Shown here piece by piece: positions 27,080-36,259 of a DNA stretch of 64,000 nt. The position numbers were made by a program, and so were the translations under genes. The DNA comes from Candidatus Altiarchaeota archaeon (GTDB lineage: Archaea; Altiarchaeota; Altiarchaeia; IMC4; SCGC-AAA252-I15). The notes below the pieces were generated by a model, which saw only the letters and a list, made by a program, of their open reading frames with translations, made no database searches and was not told where the DNA came from. The number at the start of each line of letters is the position of its first letter. Within the stretch, counting starts at the first letter, position 1. The DNA lies in contig JBDRLL010000010.1 in the NCBI GenBank assembly GCA_043813075.1, forward strand, positions 110,037 to 174,036. Reading direction: 5' to 3'.

Positions 27080-29005
27080 TCACTTCTTCTCGTCTTCACC
27101 TACCTTGTAGTCTGCGTCAACAACGTTATCATCACTCCTGCCTTCATCCTCTTTCTTGGATTCTCCGCCCGCAGCCTGCTGCTCCTGCTGATACTTCTGG
27201 GCAGCCTCCTGATACATCTTGGTGAACAACTCCTGGCTGCTCTTGCTTAGTTCCTCGCTCCTGGACTTTATCCTCTCAACATCCCCTGATTCTATGGCCT
27301 CGCGGACTCCCTTCACCTTCCCCTCAAGATCCTCCTTCTGCTTCACATCAACCTTGTCGCCGACCTCCTTCAAGGCCTTCTCAACGCCATAGGCAAGAGT
27401 CTCGGCGTTGTTCACGGTATCCGCCTTCTCCTTCTTCTTCTTGTCCTCGTCGGCGTGCTCTTCAGCCTCCTTCTGCATCCGCTTTATGTCGCTGTCAGTA
27501 AGGCCTGATTTGGCGTGTATCGTTATGGCCTGCTGTTTTCCTGTCGCAAGGTCTCTGGCGGAAACGTTCAGTATCCCGTTAGCGTCTATCTTGAAGGTCA
27601 CCTCAACCTGCGGTATCCCCCGGGGTGCTGGTGGGATGCCGGTCAACTGGAATTTACCGAGGCTCTTGTTGTCCTCAGCCATCTCACGGTCTCCCTGCAG
27701 CACGTTGATTTCGACCGAGGTCTGGTTGTCCGCAGCAGTCGAAAACACCTGCTTCTTCTCGGTCGGTATAGTAGTGTTCCTCTCAATAAGCCTTGTGAAA
27801 ACCCCGCCAAGAGTCTCTATGCCCAGGGACAATGGCGTAACATCCAGTAATAGCACGTCCTTCACTTCCCCGCCCAAGACGCCCGCCTGTATAGCAGCCC
27901 CAACGGCCACAACCTCATCTGGATTAACGCTCTTGTTGGGTTCCTTCCCGAAAATCTTTTTCACAGTATCTACGACGGCAGGCATCCTAGTCTGCCCGCC
28001 AACCAGAATCACCTCGTCAATCTCAGACAGCTTCAGGCCAGAGTCAGCCAGAGCCTTCTTGCACGGTTCGATGGTCTTGTCAATCAGGTCTCCAGTCAGC
28101 TGCTCCAGCTTCGACCTGGTCAAGGTTATGTTCATGTGCAGTGGCCCGGACTCTCCCTGAGTGATGAACGGGAGGTTCACTTCAGTCTTTGTTGTTGAAG
28201 ACAACTCTATCTTTGCTTTTTCGGCCGCATCCTTCAGGCGCTGTAGGGTCATGTTGTCCTCCCTCAGATCTATTCCATTGTCCTTCTTGAATTCCTCTGC
28301 AAGCCATTGTATGATTTTGTAGTCGAAGTCGTCTCCGCCCAGGTGGGTGTTGCCGTTGGTGGACTTGACTTCAAAGACTCCGTCACCCACCTCCAGTATG
28401 CTTATGTCGAACGTACCGCCGCCAAGATCGTATACCGCAATCTTCTCCTCCTTCTTCTTGTCCAAACCGTAAGCAAGGGACGCTGCGGTAGGCTCGTTGA
28501 TTATCCTCAAGACCTCAAGCCCCGCAATCTTGCCTGCATCTTTGGTCGCCTGCCTCTGGCTGTCGTTGAAGTATGCTGGCACGGTTATGACTGCCTGTGT
28601 TATCTCCTCCCCCAGGTATGCTTCAGCATCTGCCTTCAGCTTCTGCAGTACCATGGCTGAAATCTCGGGTGAGGCATAGTCCTTACCGTCGACCTTGATT
28701 CTTATGTCGCCGTTTGACGCCTCAATAATCTTGTAGGGTATTGTCTTCTTGATCTCTTTCATCTCAGCGTCCTTGAACTTCCTGCCGATGAACCTCTTCA
28801 CACTGTATATGGTCTTATCAGGGTTTGTTATGGCCTGCCTCTTAGCCACCTGCCCGACCAGCCTCTCGTCGTCTTTTGTGAACGCAACTATCGACGGCGT
28901 TGTCCTGTTCCCCTCCGCGTTTGGTATGACCTCCGGCTTCCCAGCCTCCATCACTGCCATGCACGAGTTCGTAGTCCCCAAATCTATTCCCAGTATCTTA
29001 CTCAT
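27080..29005 (-). CDS. dnaK: Chaperone DnaK (Hsp70)
   Basis: 641 aa. [17 protein letters not shown] and [11 protein letters not shown] signatures. Confidence 0.97.
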   Translation of the reverse strand: MSKILGIDLGTTNSCMAVMEAGKPEVIPNAEGNRTTPSIVAFTKDDERLVGQVAKRQAITNPDKTIYSVKRFIGRKFKDAEMKEIKKTIPYKIIEASNGDIRIKVDGKDYASPEISAMVLQKLKADAEAYLGEEITQAVITVPAYFNDSQRQATKDAGKIAGLEVLRIINEPTAASLAYGLDKKKEEKIAVYDLGGGTFDISILEVGDGVFEVKSTNGNTHLGGDDFDYKIIQWLAEEFKKDNGIDLREDNMTLQRLKDAAEKAKIELSSTTKTEVNLPFITQGESGPLHMNITLTRSKLEQLTGDLIDKTIEPCKKALADSGLKLSEIDEVILVGGQTRMPAVVDTVKKIFGKEPNKSVNPDEVVAVGAAIQAGVLGGEVKDVLLLDVTPLSLGIETLGGVFTRLIERNTTIPTEKKQVFSTAADNQTSVEINVLQGDREMAEDNKSLGKFQLTGIPPAPRGIPQVEVTFKIDANGILNVSARDLATGKQQAITIHAKSGLTDSDIKRMQKEAEEHADEDKKKKEKADTVNNAETLAYGVEKALKEVGDKVDVKQKEDLEGKVKGVREAIESGDVERIKSRSEELSKSSQELFTKMYQEAAQKYQQEQQAAGGESKKEDEGRSDDNVVDADYKVGEDEKK

Positions 29006-29009
29006 AGTA

Positions 29010-29516
29010 TCACCCTTTTCTCGGTTTTATAATCTTTACTTTCGCAGGCCTCACGACCCTTGAGTGCAGCATGTAACCCTTCTGCAGCACCTCTGAGACG
29101 GTCTCCCCGTCAACGTCACCTTCTTCGGCCATCAGAGCCTCATGGTAGTTTGGGTCGAACTTGTCTCCAGAGGGGTTTAACTCTTCTACACCGTGTTTTT
29201 TAAGCAGGGCTTCCAGCTGTTTGAGTGTTAGTCTCACGCCGTCAATCACCCCGTCACCGTTATCCTTGTTGTCGAGTGCACGCTCGAGGTTGTCCTTCAC
29301 CTCCAGGAATTCTTCGACAATCTCCTGGTTAGCGTACCTCCTGCTATCCTCCTTATCGCGTTCAACCCTCTTCTTATAGTTCTCAAAGTCTGCCTGAACC
29401 CGCTGCAAAAGGCCTTTATACTCGTCCGCATCGGCCTTAAAGTCCTCTGTAGCCCTTTTCCCACCTGTTTTAGGGGTTTTCCTGTGGTGTTCCTCCTTAC
29501 CCATATGCTCCACCAA
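29010..29516 (-). CDS. grpE: Nucleotide exchange factor GrpE
   Basis: 168 aa. [16 protein letters not shown] and C-terminal [14 protein letters not shown] are typical of GrpE. It is 4 nt upstream of dnaK. Confidence 0.9.
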   Translation of the reverse strand: MVEHMGKEEHHRKTPKTGGKRATEDFKADADEYKGLLQRVQADFENYKKRVERDKEDSRRYANQEIVEEFLEVKDNLERALDNKDNGDGVIDGVRLTLKQLEALLKKHGVEELNPSGDKFDPNYHEALMAEEGDVDGETVSEVLQKGYMLHSRVVRPAKVKIIKPRKG

Positions 29517-29614
29517 AAAGTGAGATAAACTATTGGTTTAGCTGTATATAAATCTTTTCCTTTTTGTGGTGGAGCACCATAAACCGCCGACTATTTTTTA
29601 AGAATTAAGACAAG

Positions 29615-29656
29615 ATATTTATCCAATCTTCCGGGCTGGTAGTCTAGTCGGTTATG
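29615..29656 (+). repeat. Direct repeat copy 1: 18 nt of upstream sequence plus the first 24 nt of tRNA-Val (partial 5' tRNA copy)
   Basis: atatttatccaatcttccgggctggtagtctagtcggttatg is identical to 29726-29767. It diverges after tRNA position 24. Confidence 0.9.
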
Positions 29657-29664
29657 CCGGAACC

Positions 29665-29683
29665 CCTTTTCCCACAGAAAAGG
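29665..29683 (+). other. Hairpin (7-bp stem, 5-nt loop) in the spacer after the partial 5' tRNA copy
   Basis: ccttttc ccaca gaaaagg; the arms are perfectly complementary. Confidence 0.6.
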
Positions 29684-29743
29684 TGTTTCAACCCCAAAAG
29701 AACATAATTTATAACCTAAAGCCACATATTTATCCAATCTTCC

Positions 29744-29817
29744 GGGCTGGTAGTCTAGTCGGTTATGACGTCGCCTTTACGAGGCGAAGATCCCCGGTTC
29801 GAATCCGGGCCAGCCCA
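29744..29817 (+). tRNA. tRNA-Val (anticodon UAC)
   Basis: Manual cloverleaf: acceptor GGGCTGG/CCAGCCC, D arm GTCT-AGTCGGTTA-TGAC, anticodon arm TCGCC-TTTACGA-GGCGA (TAC), T arm CCCGG-TTCGAAT-CCGGG, discriminator A. 74 nt, no encoded CCA, no intron. Confidence 0.9.
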
Positions 29818-29845
29818 CTCAGATAACAGCAATAGCATTCTGTGT
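29801..29845 (+). repeat. Direct repeat copy 1: last 17 nt of tRNA-Val plus 28 nt of trailer
   Basis: gaatccgggccagcccactcagataacagcaatagcattctgtgt is repeated at 29884-29928 with one mismatch (c/t). Confidence 0.9.
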
Positions 29846-29864
29846 CAACAACCGGCCAGGATAA

Positions 29865-29882
29865 GCAACTTGAAAAAGTTGC
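29865..29882 (+). other. Hairpin with GAAA tetraloop between the two 3' repeat copies
   Basis: gcaactt gaaa aagttgc; perfect 7-bp stem. Confidence 0.6.
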
Positions 29883-29883
29883 G

Positions 29884-29928
29884 GAATCCGGGCCAGCCCA
29901 CTCAGATAACAGCAATAGCATTTTGTGT
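29884..29928 (+). repeat. Direct repeat copy 2 (partial 3' tRNA-Val copy plus trailer)
   Basis: 44 of 45 nt identical to 29801-29845. It is followed by a T6 run at 29936-29941. Confidence 0.9.
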
Positions 29929-29932
29929 ACTC

Positions 29933-30640
29933 TTATTTTTTACCGCCTTTGCCTTCTGCCGTTGACTTGTAGACTGCCGCCAACGCCACCAGTATCATCC
30001 CAGTTATTATTGCCACGGCCACTGCAGGGCCTTTTTCACTGGGCTTCTCGTATGCTTTCTCGCAGTCATTGTCCATGTCATATGTCATGCAGTCCGGGTC
30101 GCATTTGCCTTCCGGTATGCCGTCGCAGTAGCCATCCCCCCCTCCAGACTTGCAGTCTTTCGGGCAGTTGCCGAAGTTCTCACCCTTCCCGCACTCCCTG
30201 TTCCCGCAGTAGTTTGACAGTCTCCTAACGTTTATCCCAAGTTCCTTATCGCCTGCTGGATTGTAGACCCGTATCTCAGAGGCACTGCTATAATAAGGCG
30301 TAGTAACCACTATAGTTGACTTATCGGCCTTCGAGACCGGTGGCATTGGTGCGGGCCGGATTTGCCTTCCAGTATCGTCGAATATGTCCAACGGCGGTGC
30401 ATACGAGACATCCCTTGGGAAGCTGAATCTCCCGGTGTAAAGAGTCTCCCCCCTGTATGAGACTACTTTAAGGCTGTAGTCCCCTTGGTAAGCCGGGCCA
30501 GCCCTTAAGCCGACCACCTCAACACCCCTCTCTACTATCTTGCCTTTATCGTATTTCAGGGTTATCCTAAAACTTTTCTCCGAGTCGCCTAATGCTCCCA
30601 ACACCAGGAAGACCGCCAACATAGTGGTTATTCGCCGCAT
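29933..30640 (-). CDS. Secreted Cys-rich protein with C-terminal TM anchor
   Basis: The likely start is MRRITTMLAVFLVLGALG (ATG at 30638-30640; the track ORF extends to 30691). Cys-rich module NYCGNRECGKGENFGNCPKDCKSGGGDGYCDGIPEGKCDPDC. C-terminal hydrophobic AVAVAIITGMILVALAAVY. Confidence 0.6.
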   Translation of the reverse strand: MRRITTMLAVFLVLGALGDSEKSFRITLKYDKGKIVERGVEVVGLRAGPAYQGDYSLKVVSYRGETLYTGRFSFPRDVSYAPPLDIFDDTGRQIRPAPMPPVSKADKSTIVVTTPYYSSASEIRVYNPAGDKELGINVRRLSNYCGNRECGKGENFGNCPKDCKSGGGDGYCDGIPEGKCDPDCMTYDMDNDCEKAYEKPSEKGPAVAVAIITGMILVALAAVYKSTAEGKGGKK

Positions 30641-30645
30641 TTTCT

Positions 30646-32142
30646 TCACCCCGAATAGCTGTTCAAGACTTGTGTGACATAGTGCTTGCAAACGTCATTG
30701 AAGTAGTAATTATGGTACTGGCTGTTCATGAGGCTCTGGTCTGCAGACCTCCACCAGTTGCTGTTGCTGCAGCCAGCGATACAATCATGGTCCGAGTCCA
30801 TCCCATCCCATCTGCTGCACTGGCTTGAGGATGCCACGCAATTCTTGTCAGCAGTCCCCTGCCAGTAGCCTGCGTAAGTGTACTCGTCCCTCAGGCTTAT
30901 GAACGAATGACCTGTCTCATGGATGAGCGTCCTCTCAACATCCTCCCTGTTCCTACCATAATTACCCCCGTTTATCATCAACGGGAAACTGTCCGTCAAA
31001 TACTCGTGGCCTATGCACACGTGCGCGTTCCCCCCGAAGTACGCGTGTGATATGAATCTTGGATTGACTGATAGCAGTACTGCCCTATCCCCTGTTGAGG
31101 AGAAGAACGGGCATTCCCTCGCTAGACTGGTTACCTGACCGTCTCTTACGCCGTCGTCTTCATCCATCACCCTGTCATAGTCCTTCTCCACCCTCCATAC
31201 CGCAATCTTATTGGAGCCCTTGTATGGGGGCACAGCATCACCCCCAACAAGCTGCTCCTTCATCTTGCTCGTAACCATCCTGAAGTCTGTCAGGCTGTTG
31301 AATCCGCTTCCCACAAACACGACGTCTAGCTTGCCCTGGGGGTTGTCGTCACCCCATATGAGTCTACAGTAGTTTACCTTCGGCAGGGTGGTTGTCGTAC
31401 TTGCCGGTCCTCCGCATCTCTGGTTGCTCTGGCAGTCCTGGTCATCACAGTCAACGTCTCCGTCACAGTCGTTGTCATAGCCATCATTGCATTTGCCCTC
31501 CGGGTTTTCCATCCCCCAGTCTATGCATTCCTGGTCGTCACAGTCAATGTAGCCGTCCCCGTCGTCATCCACGCCGTTCCTGCATTTTTTAGCGTCATTC
31601 TCGTTTTTCTTGCCTTTTACGCACGGCTTCTTTATCCGGCAGTCCTGGTCGTCGCAGTCGACGTCTCCATCGCAGTCGTCGTCCTTATTGTTCTTGCATT
31701 TCCTCTCTGCTATGCCTCTCACAGCGTTCAGGCAGTCTTGGTCATCGCAGTCTATGGTGCCGTCACCGTCATCGTCGACTTGATTCCTGCATTTCCTTGC
31801 CTTGTCCTCGCCCTTGACCCTTATTACGCACGCCCTCTTGTTTTTGCAATCAGTGTCCGAGCAGTCTACGAGCCCGTCGCAGTCCTCGTCCTTCCTGTTG
31901 CCGCACCTCTTCTCCGGATTGACTCCCGCAATCCTAATGCAGTCTGAGTCATAGCAGTCCACTCCCCCATCACCGTCGTCGTCAATGCCGTTGGTGCAGA
32001 GCCTTGTGTTGTCTTCCGCAGCGCAGTTAGGGCTGCATGCGTCTAGTCTAGCCGAGTCGACGGCGCTAGCGTAAAGGATGGCTAATGTCAGTAAAACTAG
32101 CGTGTTTCTCGTGAAGATTCTGGCGCATGAATTCATTTGCAC
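30646..32142 (-). CDS. Secreted zinc metalloprotease, M64 (IgA-peptidase)-like, with N-terminal triplicated Asp/Cys-rich modules
   Basis: 498 aa with a signal-like N-terminus. LIHETGHSFISLRDEY matches the HExxH...DEY signature I associate with peptidase M64. Three tandem units of about 69 aa carry C.N..DDDGDG..DC.D.DC and KC....D.DCDG.VDC.D.DC. Confidence 0.65.
   Translation of the reverse strand: MQMNSCARIFTRNTLVLLTLAILYASAVDSARLDACSPNCAAEDNTRLCTNGIDDDGDGGVDCYDSDCIRIAGVNPEKRCGNRKDEDCDGLVDCSDTDCKNKRACVIRVKGEDKARKCRNQVDDDGDGTIDCDDQDCLNAVRGIAERKCKNNKDDDCDGDVDCDDQDCRIKKPCVKGKKNENDAKKCRNGVDDDGDGYIDCDDQECIDWGMENPEGKCNDGYDNDCDGDVDCDDQDCQSNQRCGGPASTTTTLPKVNYCRLIWGDDNPQGKLDVVFVGSGFNSLTDFRMVTSKMKEQLVGGDAVPPYKGSNKIAVWRVEKDYDRVMDEDDGVRDGQVTSLARECPFFSSTGDRAVLLSVNPRFISHAYFGGNAHVCIGHEYLTDSFPLMINGGNYGRNREDVERTLIHETGHSFISLRDEYTYAGYWQGTADKNCVASSSQCSRWDGMDSDHDCIAGCSNSNWWRSADQSLMNSQYHNYYFNDVCKHYVTQVLNSYSG
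31414..32037 (-). repeat. Coding tandem repeat (3 units of about 69 codons) of Asp/Cys-rich putative metal-binding modules
   Basis: Residues about 36-243 of the M64-like protein. The units start near residues 49, 118 and 187. The DNA-level repeats are imperfect. Confidence 0.7.
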
Positions 32143-32261
32143 GTACCTGCTGTTTATTCATATGACTGCTCTGTTTATATCATGCTCCCTGGCAGTGCAA
32201 AACCAATAAAACAAAAAAATATTCTATATAATACAAAACATTTTTTTTTTTGCGTGTGGTT

Positions 32262-32846
32262 CTAAAGGCAGACCCCATCCTTGCATCCGTCAGAGCAGTC
32301 TTCGGTGGCGGGCGGCATGCTCATCATGGTCTGTCCGACGAACTTCCTGGACTCCTTACACTCCGATTCCGGGGTGCCCGGCTTCTTGCACAAATAACTC
32401 ACGCTCTGGAGGTAGACGTCACCCCTATAGCAGACCCTGACTTCCGCGGACTCGCCGCAGTCGCTGTTCACGCTGCACGCTATCTTTATGGTGGTCGTAG
32501 TGGTGGTCTCCATCATGGTCGTAGTCACCATCTTGACGGTGGTTGTCGTCGTCGCCAGCGTAGTTTCAGGGGACTTCACGGTAGTCGTGGTCGCAACCAC
32601 CTCGTCCTTGTCGCATATGCCGTTATAGTCCTCGTCAAGGCAGCAGCCAACCCCCACCTGGATGTACGGTGGCGAGCACATCAAAGTGGTTGTGGTCGCG
32701 CTTCCAGAACCACCGCCAAACCCGAACAAACCCTTAATGAAGCCGATAATCCTGGAGATAATGCCCTTACCCTCTTCCGCACTAACGGTGGCAGAGATGA
32801 TGATCATCAGGATAAGAGTCATTAAAACCCATCTCGCAAGACCCAT
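32262..32846 (-). CDS. Secreted Thr-rich / Cys-rich protein
   Basis: The likely start is MGLARWVLMTLILMIIISATVSA (ATG at 32844-32846). Long Thr runs (ATTTTL, VATTTTV, LATTTTTV, METTTTTTIKIA) and a Cys-rich C-terminal domain. The longer track ORF would overlap the divergent NUDIX gene. Confidence 0.55.
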   Translation of the reverse strand: MGLARWVLMTLILMIIISATVSAEEGKGIISRIIGFIKGLFGFGGGSGSATTTTLMCSPPYIQVGVGCCLDEDYNGICDKDEVVATTTTVKSPETTLATTTTTVKMVTTTMMETTTTTTIKIACSVNSDCGESAEVRVCYRGDVYLQSVSYLCKKPGTPESECKESRKFVGQTMMSMPPATEDCSDGCKDGVCL

Positions 32847-32880
32847 ATTACATATTACCCCGACTTTATAATAATAAAAC

Positions 32881-33279
32881 ATGTTTGACGCCAAGAAACC
32901 CATACTCACTGTTGACGCGCTCATAAGAAGAGGGGACTCCATACTACTGATAAAACGCGTTAACCCCCCATTCAAGGGTATGTGGGCGATACCGGGAGGT
33001 TTTGTGGACTACGGGGAGACCGTTGAACATGCTGTAGTCAGGGAGGCTCTTGAGGAGACCGGCCTTGAAGTCAAGGTCATCCGACTGACTGGAGTATACT
33101 CTGATCCTGCAAGGGATCCCAGGGGCCATACAGTCTCCCTAGTATACGAGTGCGTTATCACCGGCGGGATACTGTCTGCAGGAGATGACGCGGGGGATGC
33201 GGAGTACTTCAGTCTGGAGGATTTGCCTGACCTGGCTTTTGACCACAGGAAGATAATTGAAGACTATCGCAGTCTTTAA
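32881..33279 (+). CDS. NUDIX hydrolase
   Basis: 132 aa. Nudix box GGFVDYGETVEHAVVREALEETGL (Gx5Ex7REUxEExGU). Confidence 0.9.
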   Translation: MFDAKKPILTVDALIRRGDSILLIKRVNPPFKGMWAIPGGFVDYGETVEHAVVREALEETGLEVKVIRLTGVYSDPARDPRGHTVSLVYECVITGGILSAGDDAGDAEYFSLEDLPDLAFDHRKIIEDYRSL

Positions 33280-33656
33280 ATCAGGTGTGATTCGCAGCGG
33301 ATGCTGCATGAGCAGTAGTTGCCGCCATTCTGGTCGTACTTCATGCCATCATCGCATCTGAACACGCTTCCAGGAGACCTGCCCTCGCACTCACTGCCTT
33401 TGGAGCAGACCAAGCCGATTTCCGGCTGGCAGTACTCATTGCATTCGCAGTTGAAGCTGCCCTCAAGGTCTTCCTCCATCCGCTTGTCGCATATATAGCT
33501 GTCTCCGGGATTCTTGCCGTCGCATGTGTTTCCAGAGGAACAGACTGTTATAGCGCCTCCAGTGACTGAAGGCCGGCTGACCCTAACATAGCTCATAGCG
33601 AAAAGAGAGAAAACAATCGGTATGAGCATGAAGAGGATTATCCGATTGTCTTTCAT
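33276..33656 (-). CDS. Small secreted Cys-rich protein with an internal two-module duplication
   Basis: 126 aa. N-terminal hydrophobic signal/anchor, then CSSGNTCDGKNPGDSYICD...CECNEYC and CSKGSECEGRSPGSVFRCD...CSCSIRC. Confidence 0.55.
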   Translation of the reverse strand: MKDNRIILFMLIPIVFSLFAMSYVRVSRPSVTGGAITVCSSGNTCDGKNPGDSYICDKRMEEDLEGSFNCECNEYCQPEIGLVCSKGSECEGRSPGSVFRCDDGMKYDQNGGNYCSCSIRCESHLI

Positions 33657-33724
33657 GTTTATTAACGGGATAAATGAGTTTAAAAGCGTTTATAAGGCTT
33701 TTTCAGGGGTTTATGGCCTGTCTT

Positions 33725-33760
33725 ATGCTGCGTGAAAAAAAAGGGGTGGTTGCGGGGTGT
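33725..33760 (-). terminator. Putative terminator of gap: hairpin followed by a T8 run (minus strand)
   Basis: Immediately after the gap stop, the minus strand reads gcgggtgaaacaccccgc ... tttttttt. Oligo-T is the known archaeal termination signal. Confidence 0.45.
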
Positions 33761-33761
33761 T

Positions 33762-34775
<1,014 letters not shown>

Positions 34776-34881
34776 CTATGTATTTACCCGCTCCTCTAAA
34801 AATCCTTTATAACCCCTATTTTTAAGCATCTACTCCCAATATCTCCATACGAGGGGTGGTCTGGTATGAAGAGGCTGGGCA

Positions 34882-35577
34882 ATGGAGAGACTGGACGAGC
34901 TAGTGGAGTCAGAAGACAGCACATGGAAGGATATCCTTCACGAAGTGCTGAAGGGCATGGACCCCTGGGATATTAACCTGGCAGAGCTGGCAACCCGTTA
35001 TTCTAAGAGAGTCGATGAGATGCGGGAGATGAACTTCCGCATTCCGGCGAACGTCATACTAGTCTGCTCCGTGTTATTAAGGATGAAGGCTGACATACTC
35101 ACCCCCCGGCCGAAGGAATACACTGATTTTGCCACGTCATTCGACTTCATATTCAACAGCTCCTACCCTACCGCGGCGTTGGTCTCGTCTGAGACGGAGC
35201 CGTATCCCATATCCATAAAACCAACAAGGAGCCTGACCCGCCGGGTTACTGCTGAAGAGTTGATAGAAGCCATCCAGAGCGCGCTGACAGAACGGGGTAG
35301 GGCTAAGTCCAGGATGGTTGAAGTCAGGGATGATGGCGGCCGTGTGCGTGAGATTGTTATCGAGCCGGAAGTCAACATGCTCGTTGTTATAGAGTCAACC
35401 TACAAGCGTATTATGGAGATTCTGTCTGCGAAAGAGGTGGCTTTGTTCTCTGACATCGCAAAGACCCGTGACGAGATAATGTCAACGTTCCTGTCCCTGC
35501 TCCACCTGTCAAATGACATGAAGATAATGCTGAATCAGGAGCAATTGTTCGGGGAGATATATATAAAGCATATGTAA
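34882..35577 (+). CDS. scpA: Segregation and condensation protein A (kleisin)
   Basis: 231 aa. The N-terminal PWDINLAELATRYSKRVDEM region and the size fit ScpA. scpB is present at 49033-49644. Confidence 0.6.
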   Translation: MERLDELVESEDSTWKDILHEVLKGMDPWDINLAELATRYSKRVDEMREMNFRIPANVILVCSVLLRMKADILTPRPKEYTDFATSFDFIFNSSYPTAALVSSETEPYPISIKPTRSLTRRVTAEELIEAIQSALTERGRAKSRMVEVRDDGGRVREIVIEPEVNMLVVIESTYKRIMEILSAKEVALFSDIAKTRDEIMSTFLSLLHLSNDMKIMLNQEQLFGEIYIKHM

Positions 35578-35598
35578 CTATTTTTAGGCTGCTTTTTA

Positions 35599-36066
35599 AT
35601 GAGTAATACATTATATTGTAAACCAATTTTGAGTGTAAAAAAGATGACTGTTTTGAACTATCGGATAAGCAAGGTTGTCGGAGAGCGTCATGACAAGAAG
35701 GTTAAGAGTGTTGAAGTGAACGCCAATTCGACGATAATCTCCATCAAGAAGATGAATGACAAGAGGGTTGGTGATTATCTGCTGGTGAACTTCCGCTATG
35801 ACGTGGAATACGGTCCTGGAGTGGGATTGATCCAGATGGTCGGTAGCTTATGGTACACTAACCCAAAGCTGAATACCGTCTACAGCGAGGAGAAGGACCG
35901 GATTGAATTGAAGAAGGACGCTATGGTTGAGTTGTCAAACGCCATAATACAGGAGAGCATAATAGAGGCAATAGCCCTGTCAAAGAGGCTTGGCCTGCCA
36001 GTGCCACTCCAGTTGCCGACAGTGAATGTAAAGCAGGATAAGATCCGGTTTCCGAAGGCAAGCTGA
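35599..36066 (+). CDS. Hypothetical protein
   Basis: 155-aa ORF with no recognised motif. The likely start is the internal MTVLNYR. Confidence 0.4.
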   Translation: MSNTLYCKPILSVKKMTVLNYRISKVVGERHDKKVKSVEVNANSTIISIKKMNDKRVGDYLLVNFRYDVEYGPGVGLIQMVGSLWYTNPKLNTVYSEEKDRIELKKDAMVELSNAIIQESIIEAIALSKRLGLPVPLQLPTVNVKQDKIRFPKAS

Positions 36067-36074
36067 ATGCTAAA

Positions 36075-36257
36075 ATGGAGTCCGAAGGTCTCTGCGACGT
36101 CTGCGGAGCGCCCAACGCGACATACACGTGCATGCTCTGCGGAAAGAGGGTATGTCCTAGATGCCTTACCGTGGGTGGGGCATGCCGGTTGTGTGTTGAA
36201 GGGCGTGTTGCACCAGACTTTAGGGAGCCTGGACCTAAAGGCCCCATACTCAAGTAA
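36075..36257 (+). CDS. Small zinc-ribbon protein (four CxxC pairs)
   Basis: CDVC...CMLC...CPRC...CRLC within 60 aa. Confidence 0.55.
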   Translation: MESEGLCDVCGAPNATYTCMLCGKRVCPRCLTVGGACRLCVEGRVAPDFREPGPKGPILK

Positions 36258-36259
36258 TC

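Noticed and set aside
27408-28160. 250-aa plus-strand ORF
   Set aside because: Antisense to dnaK, so a shadow ORF.
29634-29725. Possible second tRNA (Val-CAC) formed by the orphan 5' copy plus the ccttttcccacagaaaagg hairpin, which has CAC in its loop
   Set aside because: The hairpin is a 7-bp stem with a 5-nt loop and has C at the U33 position. Eight nucleotides, rather than two, separate it from the D-arm. No T-arm follows. I could not build a cloverleaf or a convincing bulge-helix-bulge intron.
31414-32037. Periodic DNA repeats of about 200 bp
   Set aside because: They are explained by the three protein-level Asp/Cys modules of the M64-like gene. They are imperfect and in frame, so not an array.
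32250-32825. 191-aa plus-strand ORF
   Set aside because: Antisense to the Thr/Cys-rich exported protein. The Arg/Gly/His-rich translation is typical of the reverse frame of Thr-rich coding sequence.
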